Shown piece by piece: positions 11,122 through 23,576 of a DNA stretch of 64,000 nucleotides. The notes under the pieces are model-generated. The model was not told the DNA's origin and ran no database searches. It saw only the letters and a list, made by a program, of their open reading frames with translations. Origin of the DNA: Podarcis melisellensis (lineage: Eukaryota); assembly GCA_964234715.1 (NCBI GenBank), contig OZ174282.1. One strand, written 5' to 3'. The position numbers and the translations under genes were made by a program. Numbering within the stretch: position 1 is the stretch's first letter; each line of letters opens with the position of its first letter.

Positions 11122-11921
11122 AGCCATCCCAGTTTGTGGCCATCACTGACTCCTGTGACAGGAAGTTCTGCCTCCAATGTTTGCAAGATTTTCAAGTGAG
11201 TTGGCCTTGTTCTGTTTCCAGTTAGAACCCTTGTTTCTACAGGAGAAAGGAAAGGCATTTATTCTGGGACACGGCTGGCATGAGAGGCAAAAGCTGCTTC
11301 CTGAAACCCCTGATATATTAGCACATATATAAATTACAAGGAGTTATATGCAGGGGGAAGATGGGTTGCCAGTAGGGGTGGCTGTATCTAATGATTTCAG
11401 TACTTTCAGCTTCTCGTCTTTACAGTTTTCATCTTTCAGTTCTCCACATTTACACATCACCTTGCTTTTTTAACATAATCATGAAAATTCATCAGCATTT
11501 TCGAGCAAGTATCTAATATACACTTCTGTGTGCAATTTTGCCCAATGCACACATTTTGCAAAGCATACTTGCCCTACTATAATGAATGCTTTGTTATTTC
11601 CATCAAAACATACGCATTCTTGTACACTTCTTACCCTAGAAAATGCATTTTAGCACTTGCTATTTGGCTGGAGAACTCCACAGCAAAATTCAGAGAAGTG
11701 CAAATTCTGAAGGACAGCTGCATTTCAGTTCATGCATTGCTTCGGAAAGTGATAACTAAGCAGGTTTCCCTTTATATTCAAAATGAACCCAGTTCCTCCC
11801 CCACTCTACTCCCTGTCCCTAGTTTGGGGCTTCTATCCCAGATGGAGCCCAAGTTAATATGTGTGAGGAATGGGAAATCTCAGCAGCTACAACCTCTTGC
11901 TTCTAATTTAAATATAGTTTC

Positions 11922-11940
11922 CTGCTCCCTCTAGTGGCCA
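11922..11940 (-). promoter_or_regulatory. Candidate CTCF site
   Basis: Minus strand TGGCCACTAGAGGGAGCAG closely fits the CTCF core consensus. Confidence 0.6.
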
Positions 11941-11971
11941 ACGTTTCCAGAAGCTTCTGCTACTGAATATA

Positions 11972-12213
11972 CAGTGGTACCTTGGGTTAAGTACTTAATT
12001 CGTTCCGGAGGTCCGTTCTTAACCTGAAACTGTTCTTAACCTGAAGCATCACTTTAGCTAATGGGACCTCCTGCTGCCGCTGTGGCGCCGGAGCACAATT
12101 TCTGTTCTCATCCTAAAGCAAAGTTCTTAACATGAAGCACTATTTCTGGGTTAGCGGAGTCTGTAACCTGAAGTGTATGTAACCTGAAGCGTATGTAACC
12201 CGAGGTACCACTG
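11972..12213. mobile_element. Same MITE family
   Basis: TIRs and internal TAACCTGAAG repeats. Confidence 0.9.
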
Positions 12214-13278
12214 CACTTTCCTTTGAGTAAAAGAGTACTGAAAACCTGCCCCAGTTCCTGGATGATGGAAGTTCTGGGGCACTGCATGTTTTTAGGACAA
12301 TGACCATTGTTTAACCCACAAAGCCATTGTTTAACCCACAAAGCCAGGGCATAACATTTTGGGGGACTTAGAAGGTGGCCACAAACACAGCTGCAGGTAA
12401 CCTGGAATTAAGGAGCCCCTTGGATGTCAACATCAGCAATGGCCCCAAGCAGCTGCCTGGGGGATGACAGGCACTGAAGCCCCATATCCTAGAGGCTTAA
12501 GGCGTCTTTCTAACATTTGCTTATTTACAAATATGCAGGCAGAACATGAGATGAGGCAAAAGGCTGATTATCCAAAGGAGGACATCCTCCCCAGGGAGCA
12601 AGTTGTGGAGCCCTGGAGGCTGCACCTTCAGTTCTGGCTAACTCCAACTGAAAGCATTCAGCTTTTTCTCTCTCTGACTGTTTGGACAGCTGTGTTTGGG
12701 CTCCTCCAGCTGAGCTGTTTATGGAGCATCCATCTTGATTTGCTTGAACAAAGCAAATGCAGAGTTTAGACTATGCCCAGCCTTTATTGAGCATTTTTTC
12801 TGTTTGGTTTATGGAGGAGAGGTTATACAACAGTGCAGGGTTGTTGTTTTTTTTTTGCATCTTCCTATTAATCATTTGTTCATCTCATGCTTTTTGGAGC
12901 ATTTGCTCAGCACTTCTCTAACCTCAGAAAGTCAGGTTTTCTCCCAAGTGGATTTATTGTACTAGTGATGCTTTAATCCACTTTAATTGCGTAAATTTCT
13001 GGCATGAATCCCTTTAACAATATAGTGAGAGTCTGGGGCACCCAGCCTGGGGGCACACATTTGCTTACTTCTTTCAGGTGAAGGGGTGTCATATTATCTG
13101 AGATCAGTTGATCATCTCATGAGAAAGAGAGAGAGGGAGGGAGGGAGAGATTCCTAGCTATTAGGAGTCATTCTGTGACCTATAAACTCCCTTTAATAGA
13201 ACATTAACAGACCTTTCCAGACTTAACAAATAATCTGACTAGCAAAGCAATAGCTGCCCTAACAATAATTTTACTCAC

Positions 13279-13365
13279 ATAGGTCAAACCAGTGACCCCG
13301 TTCTTATCTTCATCAGCCTTGTTATTGCTGGATTCTGAAACACATGTACAAATTTTCCTGGACAT
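13279..13365 (-). CDS. ABCC12: ABCC12-like first coding exon (whole exon 13279-13392)
   Basis: ttttctccctctgcag acceptor, 27-nt UTR with an in-frame TGA, ATG at 13365, MSRKICTCVSESSNNKADEDKNGVTGLTY, gtgagt donor; phase 0 joins the exon at 7544; resembles the ABCC11 N-terminus. Confidence 0.78.
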
Positions 13366-14429
13366 TGTCTTATGAAATCAGAGCTCTGGGTTCTGCAGAG
13401 GGAGAAAATTAAATATAGACATTATTTGCAAACACTTTACAAAAGATCAGAAATGCATATTCATCTGTATCAATTGATGGAACTGCCCAGGGAAAATGGT
13501 GAGGTTTGCACTCAAACAGCAAATTCCAGGGAGAATAAAATCAATGGAGTTGATTCCCTGCCATGGAATGGTTTGCATCTGTTTAATCTTTGCATCTAAA
13601 ATAAAAACTTCAGGTTAGCGCAATTAATAACACCCCTCAGTCAGACGGTTTTGCTGATGCTTCAACACAACCAAGAATCCACAATTCAGAAAAGAAATTA
13701 TCATCAATGGACACTCTCTCCCTGTCGATCTCTCAATTCTCCTGGTAGAGAAAACATCACTGTCTAGATTTCTATTTTGTCTTTTTTTTTTTGTCAGGTT
13801 CATAAACCGATATTCCTAGCATGTACCTATTGTGGAATGATCATCCTTCAGCCAACAAATATGCAGGCAGGATAAGGAGGAAATCTATAAAGCTGTGGAG
13901 ACTGATTTTGAAAGGGTAGAGCGGGGGGGCGGGAATGTCTTTCTGTTGCATGGTGTTAACTGCAAAGAGCATTTTGAGGTTTTATTCTTGCCAGTTGATG
14001 AGTATCCGCAGCTGCCAGCAGGTCTTGGCACAAATTCCATGCCCAGAGCTTAAACAACCAACTGGCACTAATTCCCAATCCATCTGAAGAGGAATGAACA
14101 GAGATTCTTTCAAGCCAGGGCACAAAAACTGATTAAGGAATCACGGATGGCTCAACTACACAATATAGGTAATGGTTGCTGCTGCTCTTGTTACTGAAAA
14201 GGAGCTGAATTGGTTTAGAGTAACCACTGAACTGGGCAGATCGAGAAAGAGAAGCTGGTATGAGTAGGCTGCCTGCCCGCGAGCCCATTTGTAGCAAAAA
14301 TAAAGTGTAGTTTTGCTCAGTCCATAATTGCTCTCGCTCATCTTCAATGTGCTGCTTTTCATTCTAGATTGATTCTGAATCTTGCCATTCACAAGAGTGG
14401 GTGTGGTTGCTTGATATGCATTTGAAACT

Positions 14430-15580
14430 CCTCCCTTCTATTAGGTTATTCATACATTTTCCTCCTTGCACATGCTCCAGCTGATTGAAGAAGCTTGACT
14501 GACCGAACCCAAAGAGCGCTTGCCAATGGTTCCTTGTCATCCTGGGGGAAAGTGGGTACTGCAGGGTTCTGTCCCGGGCCTGATGGTGTTTTGGAACATT
14601 TTTATAAATCACTTGGGTGTAGGAATTAGGGGGGGGGCTCACCAAATGTGCAGATGACACCACACTGGGAAGCGCTGCTAATACTTCAGAAGATAGAATA
14701 AGAATTCAAGATGACCTTAACAGACTGGAGAACTGGGCCAAAGCTAACAAAATGAATTTTATTAGGGACAAATTAGGCAGGAATAATCAGATGCAGAAAT
14801 ATGGGATGGAGGGCAGCAGTACATATGCAAGGATCTAGGTGTCTTAGTAGACCCCTAGCTTAACAGAAGGTAACTGTGTGATGCAGCAGCAGAGCAAAAG
14901 ACAAAACAAAACAAAAATTAATGCTATCCTAGGCTGCATCAACAGAAGTATAGTGTCCAGATCAAAGGAAGTAATAGTACCACTCTATTCTGCCTTGGCC
15001 AGATTTCCCCAAGAGTCCTGTGTCTAGTTCTGGGCACCAGAGTTTAAGAAGAATATCGACAAGTTGGAATGTGTGCAAAGAAGGGTGACCAAGATGATAA
15101 AGGGTTGGGAAACCAAGAATAGCTGTCAACTTTTACCTTGTGTGGAATCCTATGCGGAATAAGGGAATTTCCCTTTAAAAAAGGGGAAATGTTGACAGCT
15201 ATGAAACCAAGCCTTATGAGGAACGGTTAAGGGCAAACTAGATATGTTTAGCCTGGAGAAGAGGAGACTGAGAAGAGGTATGATAGCGATCTTCAAATAT
15301 CTAAAGGGCTGCCATATGGAAGATGGAACTAGTTTGTTTTCTCCTGCTCCAGAGGGTAGGGCCCAAATGAAATGAGAAATGAGATTTCAACTAAGTATCA
15401 GGGATAACGTGCTTTCTGGTGAGAGCTGTTTGACAGTAGAATGGAATTCCTCAGAAGGTGTTGGACTCACCTTCACTGGAGATTTTTAAACAGAGGTTAG
15501 ATGGCCATGTCAGGGATCCTTTAGTTGTGATTGGATTAGATGACCCTTAAGGGTCCCTTTCAACTCTACAATTCAGTGAT
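14430..15580 (+). mobile_element. CR1 LINE 3' portion (degenerate RT)
   Basis: ADDT.LG / IQDDL.RLE.WA RT-domain remnants and a CR1 3' UTR (GGTCCCTTTCAACTCTACAATTC); boundaries approximate. Confidence 0.85.
15118..15203. mobile_element. 86-bp hAT-type MITE inside CR1
   Basis: TIR ATAGCTGTCAAC/GTTGACAGCTAT; 8-bp TSD AAACCAAG. Confidence 0.8.
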
Positions 15581-15770
15581 TCTCTTTAGAAGATTTACAG
15601 CCCACCGTTCAACATTTGTACCAAGTGGGGTGTACAATGTAAAATAAATTACAAAGCCAAATTCATACATAACCATCAACAAGACGCTAGAATGACCTTG
15701 TCGAAAATAGATAGGAATAAACACAGATGGAGGCTGCTAAAATCAGCAGGGGTGGGCTAAAAAGCCACTT

Positions 15771-16081
15771 GTTGTTGTTTAGTCGTTTAGTCGTGTCCGA
15801 CTCTTCATGATCCCATGGACCAGAGCACGCCAGGCACTCCTGTCTTCCACTGCCTCCCGCAGTTTGGTCAGACTCATGTTTGTAGCTTCGAAGACACTAT
15901 CCAACCATCTCATCTTCTGTCGTCCCCTTCTCCTTGTGCCTTCCATCTTTCCCAACATCAGGGTCTTTTCCAGGGACTCTTCTCTTCTCATGAGGTGGCC
16001 AAAGTATTGGAGCCTCAGCTTCACAATCTGTCCTTCCAGTGAGCACTCAGGGCTGATTTCCTTCAGAATGGATAGGTTTGA
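15771..16081 (-). mobile_element. BovB LINE 3' fragment
   Basis: KLRLQYFGHLMRREESLEKTLMLGK...WRALVHG; (CAA)n tail; flanking AGCCACTT repeat. Confidence 0.92.
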
Positions 16082-18109
16082 TTAGTCAGCCACTTAAGAA
16101 CACCTAAAACGCCTGCACAAAACAGATAAGCTGTAACTTGGCACTGAGATGATGACAGCATCAGTGCTTTCCATCCTTGTAAGGGAAAGGCATTCTACCA
16201 GATAGAACAGTTGCCTGATCTACTGGTTGCTGCATCTAGGATCAGAGAAAGCAGCCTTATTCTGAGTCAGGCCACTGGCCCATCTGACCTCCATACTGTC
16301 AACACCCAGGCCACATGATCTGCACTATACATTTAAAGTGGCTTCTCCCAAAGAATCTGGGTAAATGGAGAATGTTTAGGGTGCTGACAGTGGTTGGGAA
16401 GCTCCTGTTCCCTGCACAGAGCTACCATTCTCACAGTGGTTTAACAATCAACCCTTCTTCCCAAGGAACTCATCCAAATGCTAAGAAGAGAAGCTCAGGC
16501 AATGATCCTTTAAGACAAGAGAGATGATTCAAGTGTGAGCCCATTTTCATCTATGGCAAGGGTTCCCAGACTATGCTCTAGCAGCTTCATTTAGGTGGCC
16601 AGTGGTGTGGCTGTGTATTTGTGGTTGAGGATGAGAAATGGCACATCCATTGCACTAAATATTTGCCTTGCTTTTCTCTTGCATTTGTTATCGCTTCTTG
16701 CATTCCCTACATTATCTTGTATGCATTGTGACACAACAATCTACTACCAATCCAGGTTCAAGGTCCTTGTACTGTATTAATTTACAAAGTCCTGAATAAC
16801 TTAGGTTCTGGGTACCGGTACCTTGAAGGGCCGCCTGAACCCTTCTATCCCAGCTTGATCATTTGCAGGAGCATCGCTGGTCATTCCCCGAGCTCGCGAG
16901 GCTCACTTGATGACAAAATAAGCCAAATCCTTAGTGATATTGGACCAGTTCGGTGGAACACTCTGCCAATAAAGATTCAGTGGGTGCCTTCTGTTTCTGT
17001 TTTGAAATGCCTGCTGAAAACTTTTCTATTCTGCCAGGCCTTTGCAGACAATTAAGAATGCCTCCTCCCACAATGGTAAATTGATGTCTGTTTTTAACTT
17101 TTTAAACATTCTTTTTTACTGCATATACAGTATTTATGTATTTTTGTTGTGACAGCTTCTTATGTTCCTATGCAAACTCTTCTTATGTTCCTATGTAAAC
17201 AGATTTCTTCTGCTTATTTGCAGATTCCTTCATAGGATCTCTTAATTAACTATAAGAGTGAAGGTTCTGAAAGGGGGTTCTGCACGGGGTTCTAACATCC
17301 TTGCAAAGAGCATCTCTGAATCTCCGTGCTTAATTCTGACATCCTCATTTCTTGACAAATCTTTCTAAATCGACTGAAACTCCCACATTTTGGAAGTGGA
17401 ACAACAAATTATGCAAAGGGGATGCAAATTTGGCTAAATTGCACACTTTATTCTGACTGACAAGAAGCAAATCTTTTTGGCACAGGGTGCAGAGCGTGCC
17501 GATTAGCAAATGAGTGTGAAATTAGTGTTATTAGTCATTCTTCGCTTTCTTCATATTGATTTGGGAAATTACATACTTTGTCTTTTTCACTTTGGTCATT
17601 AACATGGAGGATATTTATTTAAAATGTCTGCAAGACAATTAGGGGGGGGAAAGGAGAAAGAAAGCAAAAATAAACCCCACGCTGCTGTGAATCAAAAAAA
17701 AAAAAAAAGAGGTGTCGGTTTTGTGGACGTGTTTTGCAGCAAAAACTGCCTGATAGAGAGAAGCAGCAAAACCTCAGAGCAAAAGGGCATTGTTAACTGA
17801 GTGTTAGAACAGGACAAGCGTAATTGAACAAAAATGTTCACATGAAGTTAGCAGCTGTTCCCAGGGACTGGCTGTTGTAAACAATGGGCAAGATCCACCT
17901 TGCATGGGAAGTGTCATTAAACAGGACTCCTCCAGATGGGTAGGATTTTATATATTAGAGAGCCAGTGTGATACAGTGGTTAAAGTGTTGGACCATGGCC
18001 TGGGAGACCAGGGTTCAAATCCCCAATTGGCCATGAAGCTCACTGAGTGACCTGGGAATAGTAACTGCTTCTCAGAGAGGCACTCATTCACTATGACTTA
18101 GTAATAATT

Positions 18110-18545
18110 TGTTGTTGTTATTTATTACTTTTATCCTGCCCTTCTGGCTGGGTTTCCCCAGCCCAACAGATTAAACAGAATAAAACTTCAAACATTAAAA
18201 ACTTCCCTAAACAGGGCTGCCTTCAGATGTCTTCTAAAAGTCAGGTAGTTGTTTATTTCCTTGACATCTGATGGGAGGGTGTTCCACAGGGTGGGAGCCA
18301 CCACTGAGAAGGCCCTCTGCCTGGTTCCCTGTAGCTTTGCTTCTCACAGTGAGGAAACTGCCAGAAGGCCCTCGGCGCTGGATCTCTGTGTCCGGGCTGA
18401 ACGATGGGGGTGGAGACGCTCCTTCAGGCATACTGGGCCGAGGCCGTTTAGGGCTTTAAAGGTCAGCACCAACATTTTGAATTGTGCTCGGAAATGTACT
18501 GGGAGCCAATGTAGGTCTTTCAGGACTGGTGTTATATGGTCTTAG
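18110..18545 (-). mobile_element. L2-like LINE 3' fragment
   Basis: CTGCCTTCAGATGTCTTCTAAA...GTTCCACAGGGTGGGAGCCACCACTGAGAAGGCCC, the antisense of the RAFSVVAP.LWN.LP L2 terminus; related sense fragments near 10420-10795, 16750-17130 and 25430-25680. Confidence 0.7.
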
Positions 18546-21430
18546 GAAAAGTGGAGCAGAAAAACAGCCCCACCTGGAACATTTGCGGTATAAGAAGTTA
18601 CAGGATTTCAACACTGCTTGGAAGTGGATCACAGGGTTGTCAGACCTTGCAGGAGAAACCTGGAGAGGGCTTGTATCTTCAGGTGAGCAAGAATGCCTTC
18701 CCTACCCAGGCTCACTAAGCAGGTGAGAACGAATCATCCCCTCACTTCAGCTGGACCTGGGAACATTTCTTTTAGCTACACATCTGGAGGGCTGCAATTC
18801 CTCCTCCCTTAGTCTATATAAGGGGATGTCAGTAGCTTTTCAGGCCTTCAGACAACAGTCTTTCATTGCCCTACTTGGAAATGTCAGGGGTTGAGCCTGG
18901 GACCCTGTAGAAGCGAAGCATTTCCTCTGCCACTAAGCAATGGCCCTTTGTAAGCATTCATAAACAAATGTTTTCAATACAAGCAGCATAATGAGAGGTG
19001 CTGAGGAATAATCTGAAAGTGTGTGTTTCTTTGAAGCATACTCAGTACTCAGATTTACTACAATCTTAGACGAGTTTAGAATTACAGAGAAGAGCACATT
19101 ATTTCCTAACTTACTTTCCTATAGCGCTTTCAGATAATTATTATTTCTAGAGAAAGTAATTCAAAGGACTAAGACAGAACTAATGAGGCACTCCAGATTT
19201 GAACAACTGAAAACAAGAATCTACTTGTGTTGGCTACACATCAAAGGTATTCCCAAATGAAAACACTCATTTGGTAAGTATTTCCAGAATCAATAATTCA
19301 CTCTTGCAGGTTTCGGGCTCCAAAATAACAAGAATTTTTTGATGATATGGGTGTGGGTGAGGAAGTCCTAGAATTAAGTGGTTACCCAACTTGCTAAAAT
19401 AAAATAGAAGACTCTTACCTACCGTGTCATGTGAGATTCAGCTAACTTCCTTCTCCCGTTCAGTCAAAGAATGAAGTTCTTTTAACAAACAACTATTCCA
19501 TGTCCAAAAGTTTTAATAGTTGCCAGTGTAATTAGTCCAAAGGTTCGTTTTGATTGCAGATGCACGATTCTCAGTCGTGCATGAGAGCTCTCCAGATCAA
19601 GACCTTGAGATCCCTTCACCCCCTTAAGAATTGCATGGCAAGGCTGTTGCCCCAGGTGACATAGCACAGCTAGGAATAATTAATTTCCCCAATATGTCTC
19701 AGAAATCTGATAGCTGAGACGGTTGGTTCATGTCTGCATTTATTTGTTTCTGGATTAAAATGGGAGTTCTGGTTGAAGGAAATGGGTAACCTTGGAGAAG
19801 GCAAAGGGGTTGAAAATGTTACCCCTTAAGAAGAGCCCTGGTGGATCAGATCAAAAGCCTACGTAGTCCGGCATCCATTTCCCATGGTAATCAATCAGAG
19901 GTAACAAACAGAAATAAAGAAAAAAATAGAGGGGGGAATCCTAAATTGGGACACCCTACCCTTCAGTAAGAATGAGCATGCTCAATGAGCACAGAATGCT
20001 GTTGGACAGGGAACAGAAATCCAGGCAAGGTGTGTGTTACGGAATGGAGTATCCTGGGAAAGGGCAGAGCTGTAGCTATGGTGGGACTAGCCCAGGGTTT
20101 TTGCCCCGGGTGAAGCCTCAAGGGGGCACCATTGAGGTTCCCACCCTGTGTGTGCATGGAATGGGGTGGGATGCCAAACTGGGTCTTTGACCTGTGTGAA
20201 ATAAAGCCAAGTTTCTCCCCTGGAAAGGGCTACCTGGAGTCCTGAATACTCAATGGGACCTCATTCTATCAAATACAGTAGCAAAGCAACGACTAACTTT
20301 TTGAGATTTGTTGGATCAGAACTAAAGAGTAATCCACTGACTGCTGCTTTTCCTCATAAATCAGTTTGGGGGGAACTGCGGGTTCTCTGATTCCACAGCT
20401 CTTTTTTAAAAAGTGCAGCTGTGAGAGAACACTGTGGAACCAGTATAGTTGTAACTAGGATTCACATTTCCTAGATCTCAGGGGATCCTTAAATAACACA
20501 CTCTAGTTAGACTGGTAATTCAGTGGTTTGATTCCTGACACCTTCAGAGCTGAGATTGTCTTCTTCGTGAATCCCTGGAGAGCTGCTGTCGGTCAGTGTT
20601 GTCTATACTGAGCTAGATGGACCAATAATCTGATTTTGGCCCCATCAGCACTGTACATTTAAGGCACTATGATACCACTTTAAAGAGCCATAGCTTCCAC
20701 CCAAAGAATCATGGGAGCTGTAGTTTCCTAAGGATGCTGAGATTTGTTAGGATGTCCCTATTCTTCTCACAGAACTACAATTCCCAATGTTCACTGGGAA
20801 GAGGGATTGAATCACTGAGAACTGCAGCTCTGTGGGAATACTAGTGCATAGTATGGATGGGGCACTGGTATCAGGATGCTTCCTATGTATTCCTTTACCT
20901 GCAAATCACCTGTAACTCGTGTTTACTGCAGCCCACATACATGAGAATTTGGGAAACTTTTTTCAGCCCGAGGGCCACATTTCCTTCAGGGCAGCCTTTC
21001 AGGGGCCACATGTTAGTATTTGGTGGAACCAGAAGCAAAAGTGGGCAAGGCAATGGGTGCAAATGGTACCTTTGTATAGTAGGCTAATTTCTAAACACCC
21101 CCCCCCCTTTATTCAGCATCCAGACAAGCAAAAGGCACCATCAAGATTCAAGTGCACATTCTAGACAATAAAAAATAAAAAAATCCCTTTGGGTGTGAAA
21201 AACAGCTGAGGTGTATAGTCTGGGGACAGTTCCAAGGACTAGTTGGAAAGATCTGTCCTCCAGACCTGAGGTTCCCTATCCCAGGAATAACAACTATGTT
21301 AGTCTTTAAGCTGCCACAAAACTCTTCATTTTTTAAATTGTTTTTTATTTAAAGATTTTTTCATAGGTAACAAAAGTACATTCAGCATCTGTTTTCAAGT
21401 CATAGGGTCCTTCATATTGGTCAGTTACAG

Positions 21431-21584
21431 CAGTGGCGTAGCGTGGGTTGTCAGCACCCGGGGCAAGGCAAGTAATTTGCGCCCCCTAACCCTTGGATTT
21501 GCGCCCCCTAACCCGTGGATTTGTGCCCCCTAACCCCCAGATGTTGCAGCCGGGCACCCCTGCACCCCCCACGCTACGCCACTG
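21431..21584. mobile_element. hAT MITE with internal 22-bp repeats
   Basis: TIR CAGTGGCGTAGCGTGGG; 8-bp TSD AGTTACAG. Confidence 0.88.
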
Positions 21585-23112
21585 AGTTACAGTCATTTTG
21601 AGACATTCTTGTCATAGGCAATGTGGGGTTGAGGGCGGAGAGAAGTTTTTGCTGCAATTGAGAAACAAGTTTACCCCTCCAGACTATAAACTGATGCAAT
21701 TTTCAAGTGCTGAATGGCATTAGTTGATTACATCACTTCACACCACAAGCACAGCAACGAGCAAAGCTGTGCTAAAATCTCCCAAAGCTTGCAACATTTC
21801 ATAATTACTGTCCTTATTCAAAAAAGTGAGCAGAGTAGGCTGAGAGGCTTTTCACAACAAGTGATGCTACAAAGCTTTTTTGATTCACAAGCACCTATTA
21901 ATCTGGGATGTGCCACTTTGCTATCATTAATGCAAGAGAGATAAACTGACTAAATGACTTGCCAAGCATAATTTCACACATTTCAGAATGTAGATGATCC
22001 GGGGGGGGGGGGGAATGGCAAATTTCCAGTGACATAGCAGCTTCAAAGCAGCCCTTAAGACACAAGGATTTCAGCTAGCTCTAAATGCACCTGTGCACAA
22101 TTTATTTTGTTTTCAACCACTGCTTTATTTTCTATATATATTTTAAATATTTGATGGGGTTTTAAGCAAAGGAAATGGTTTATTCATTAAATATATATAT
22201 ATTTATAGGCTGCTGTAAAAGATGTAGTCACAAAATATAGTTTATTTACAACAACAAATTCCAGAAATTGAATTTTGTGTGCTGTCCTGACATCTTGTGG
22301 ATGTAGTAGACACAGCAACAGGGTGGATGACAATCAAAGTATTCAAAGCGGAACAAATATTTCTAGTTTTCAGCTGCAGAATAAGCTGCCTGAAATAAGT
22401 CCCTTCCAACATATAAATGGAGAAAACAAGACAAATTTCCCAGGCAGAAATAATGTCCAGGTAGGAAATACTATAACTGAGTTTATGTGATGAATACTGT
22501 ATTTCTATGTTGTTCTGGACTGGCTCAATACATTTTAGTGCTAGTTTTCCTATGCAGGCCTCATGACAGCTGCCCTGTGATAAAGGCAATGAGTATTTGT
22601 CTTCATTGATCTAGCCTTCTTTTGGCAGACTCCTAGAAAATCAATCTTAGCTGCAAAGTTTCTAGTTAATACACATGGAGGTTTGAGTTTTTACTATTAC
22701 TTAAATGCAACCACACTGGTGAGATTAAGCATTCTCTTAACAGTACCATCCTATGCAAGTTTACTCAGATGCGAGTCTCAAATGTTAAGTGTGTTCAGGA
22801 TTGCAAGACAAAACAATTAATAGAAAGTGCTTTAAAAAAAAAAAACATTGTAGACCAAAGTTTGTTTTTTTAGGAAACTTTCAAATTATGTACCCAGTGC
22901 CAGGTGGTTCTATTAAGCTGAATATTTTTCTCCCCACTTAATCGTTTTTATTCGCTTAATTTTCAGAGAGCAGGGGACAAACGGCGCAGCGCAGCGCTCC
23001 CTGCAGCCTGCAGGGGGCAGCGGCGTGCGCGCTTGGCCCTCGCCGGCCGCCGTAGCGCGGCCTGTAAAACGCTTGACGCGGCCTTTGCCCCCGCCGAGCC
23101 GAGCGCTTCGCC

Positions 23113-23360
23113 ATGGCGTCGTCCCAGTCGTCGGGCGGCAGCGCCATCCAGATCCCGAGCCGGCTGCCGCTGCTGCTGACTCCGGAGGCCGTGCTGCTGC
23201 CGGGCTCCACCATGCGCGCCAGCGTGGACTCGCCGCGGAACATGCAGCTGGTGCGGAGCCGGCTGCTGAAGGGCACGTCGCTCAAGAGCACCATCATCGG
23301 CGTCATCCCCGACACCAGCGACCCGCCCAGCGACCTCGACGCGCTGCCCCCGCTACACAG
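23113..23360 (+). CDS. LONP2: LONP2 exon 1 (coding part)
   Basis: MASSQSSGGSAIQIPSRLPLLLTPEAVLLPGSTMR...LPPLH(R), Lon N-domain; donor AG|gtcgga. Confidence 0.96.
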
Positions 23361-23384
23361 GTCGGAGCCCCGCCCACCCTTCCC

Positions 23385-23576
23385 GTCGCCACGGCAACCG
23401 CCGGGAGCCTCTTACCCCCCCACCCTCTGTCGCCATGGCTACCTTCCCCTCCTATCGCGGTGCGCCCCCTGTTGTTGTCATGATAGCTGCCCACCCTCCC
23501 AGAGACACACCCCCTGTCGCCATGGGAACTGTTTATCACTGCCTGTTAGGGGCCTGGTCTTCGTCGCCATGGCAAC
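23385..23576. promoter_or_regulatory. Cluster of five RFX X-box motifs in LONP2 intron 1
   Basis: GTCGCCACGGCAAC 23385, GTCGCCATGGCTAC 23429, GTTGTCATGATAGC 23474, GTCGCCATGGGAAC 23516, GTCGCCATGGCAAC 23563. Confidence 0.65.

Noticed and set aside
9925-12213. Three similar ~220-280 bp units as a tandem array or CRISPR-like locus
   Set aside because: Independent MITE insertions with TIRs, irregular spacing and a fourth copy at 37357; eukaryotic DNA
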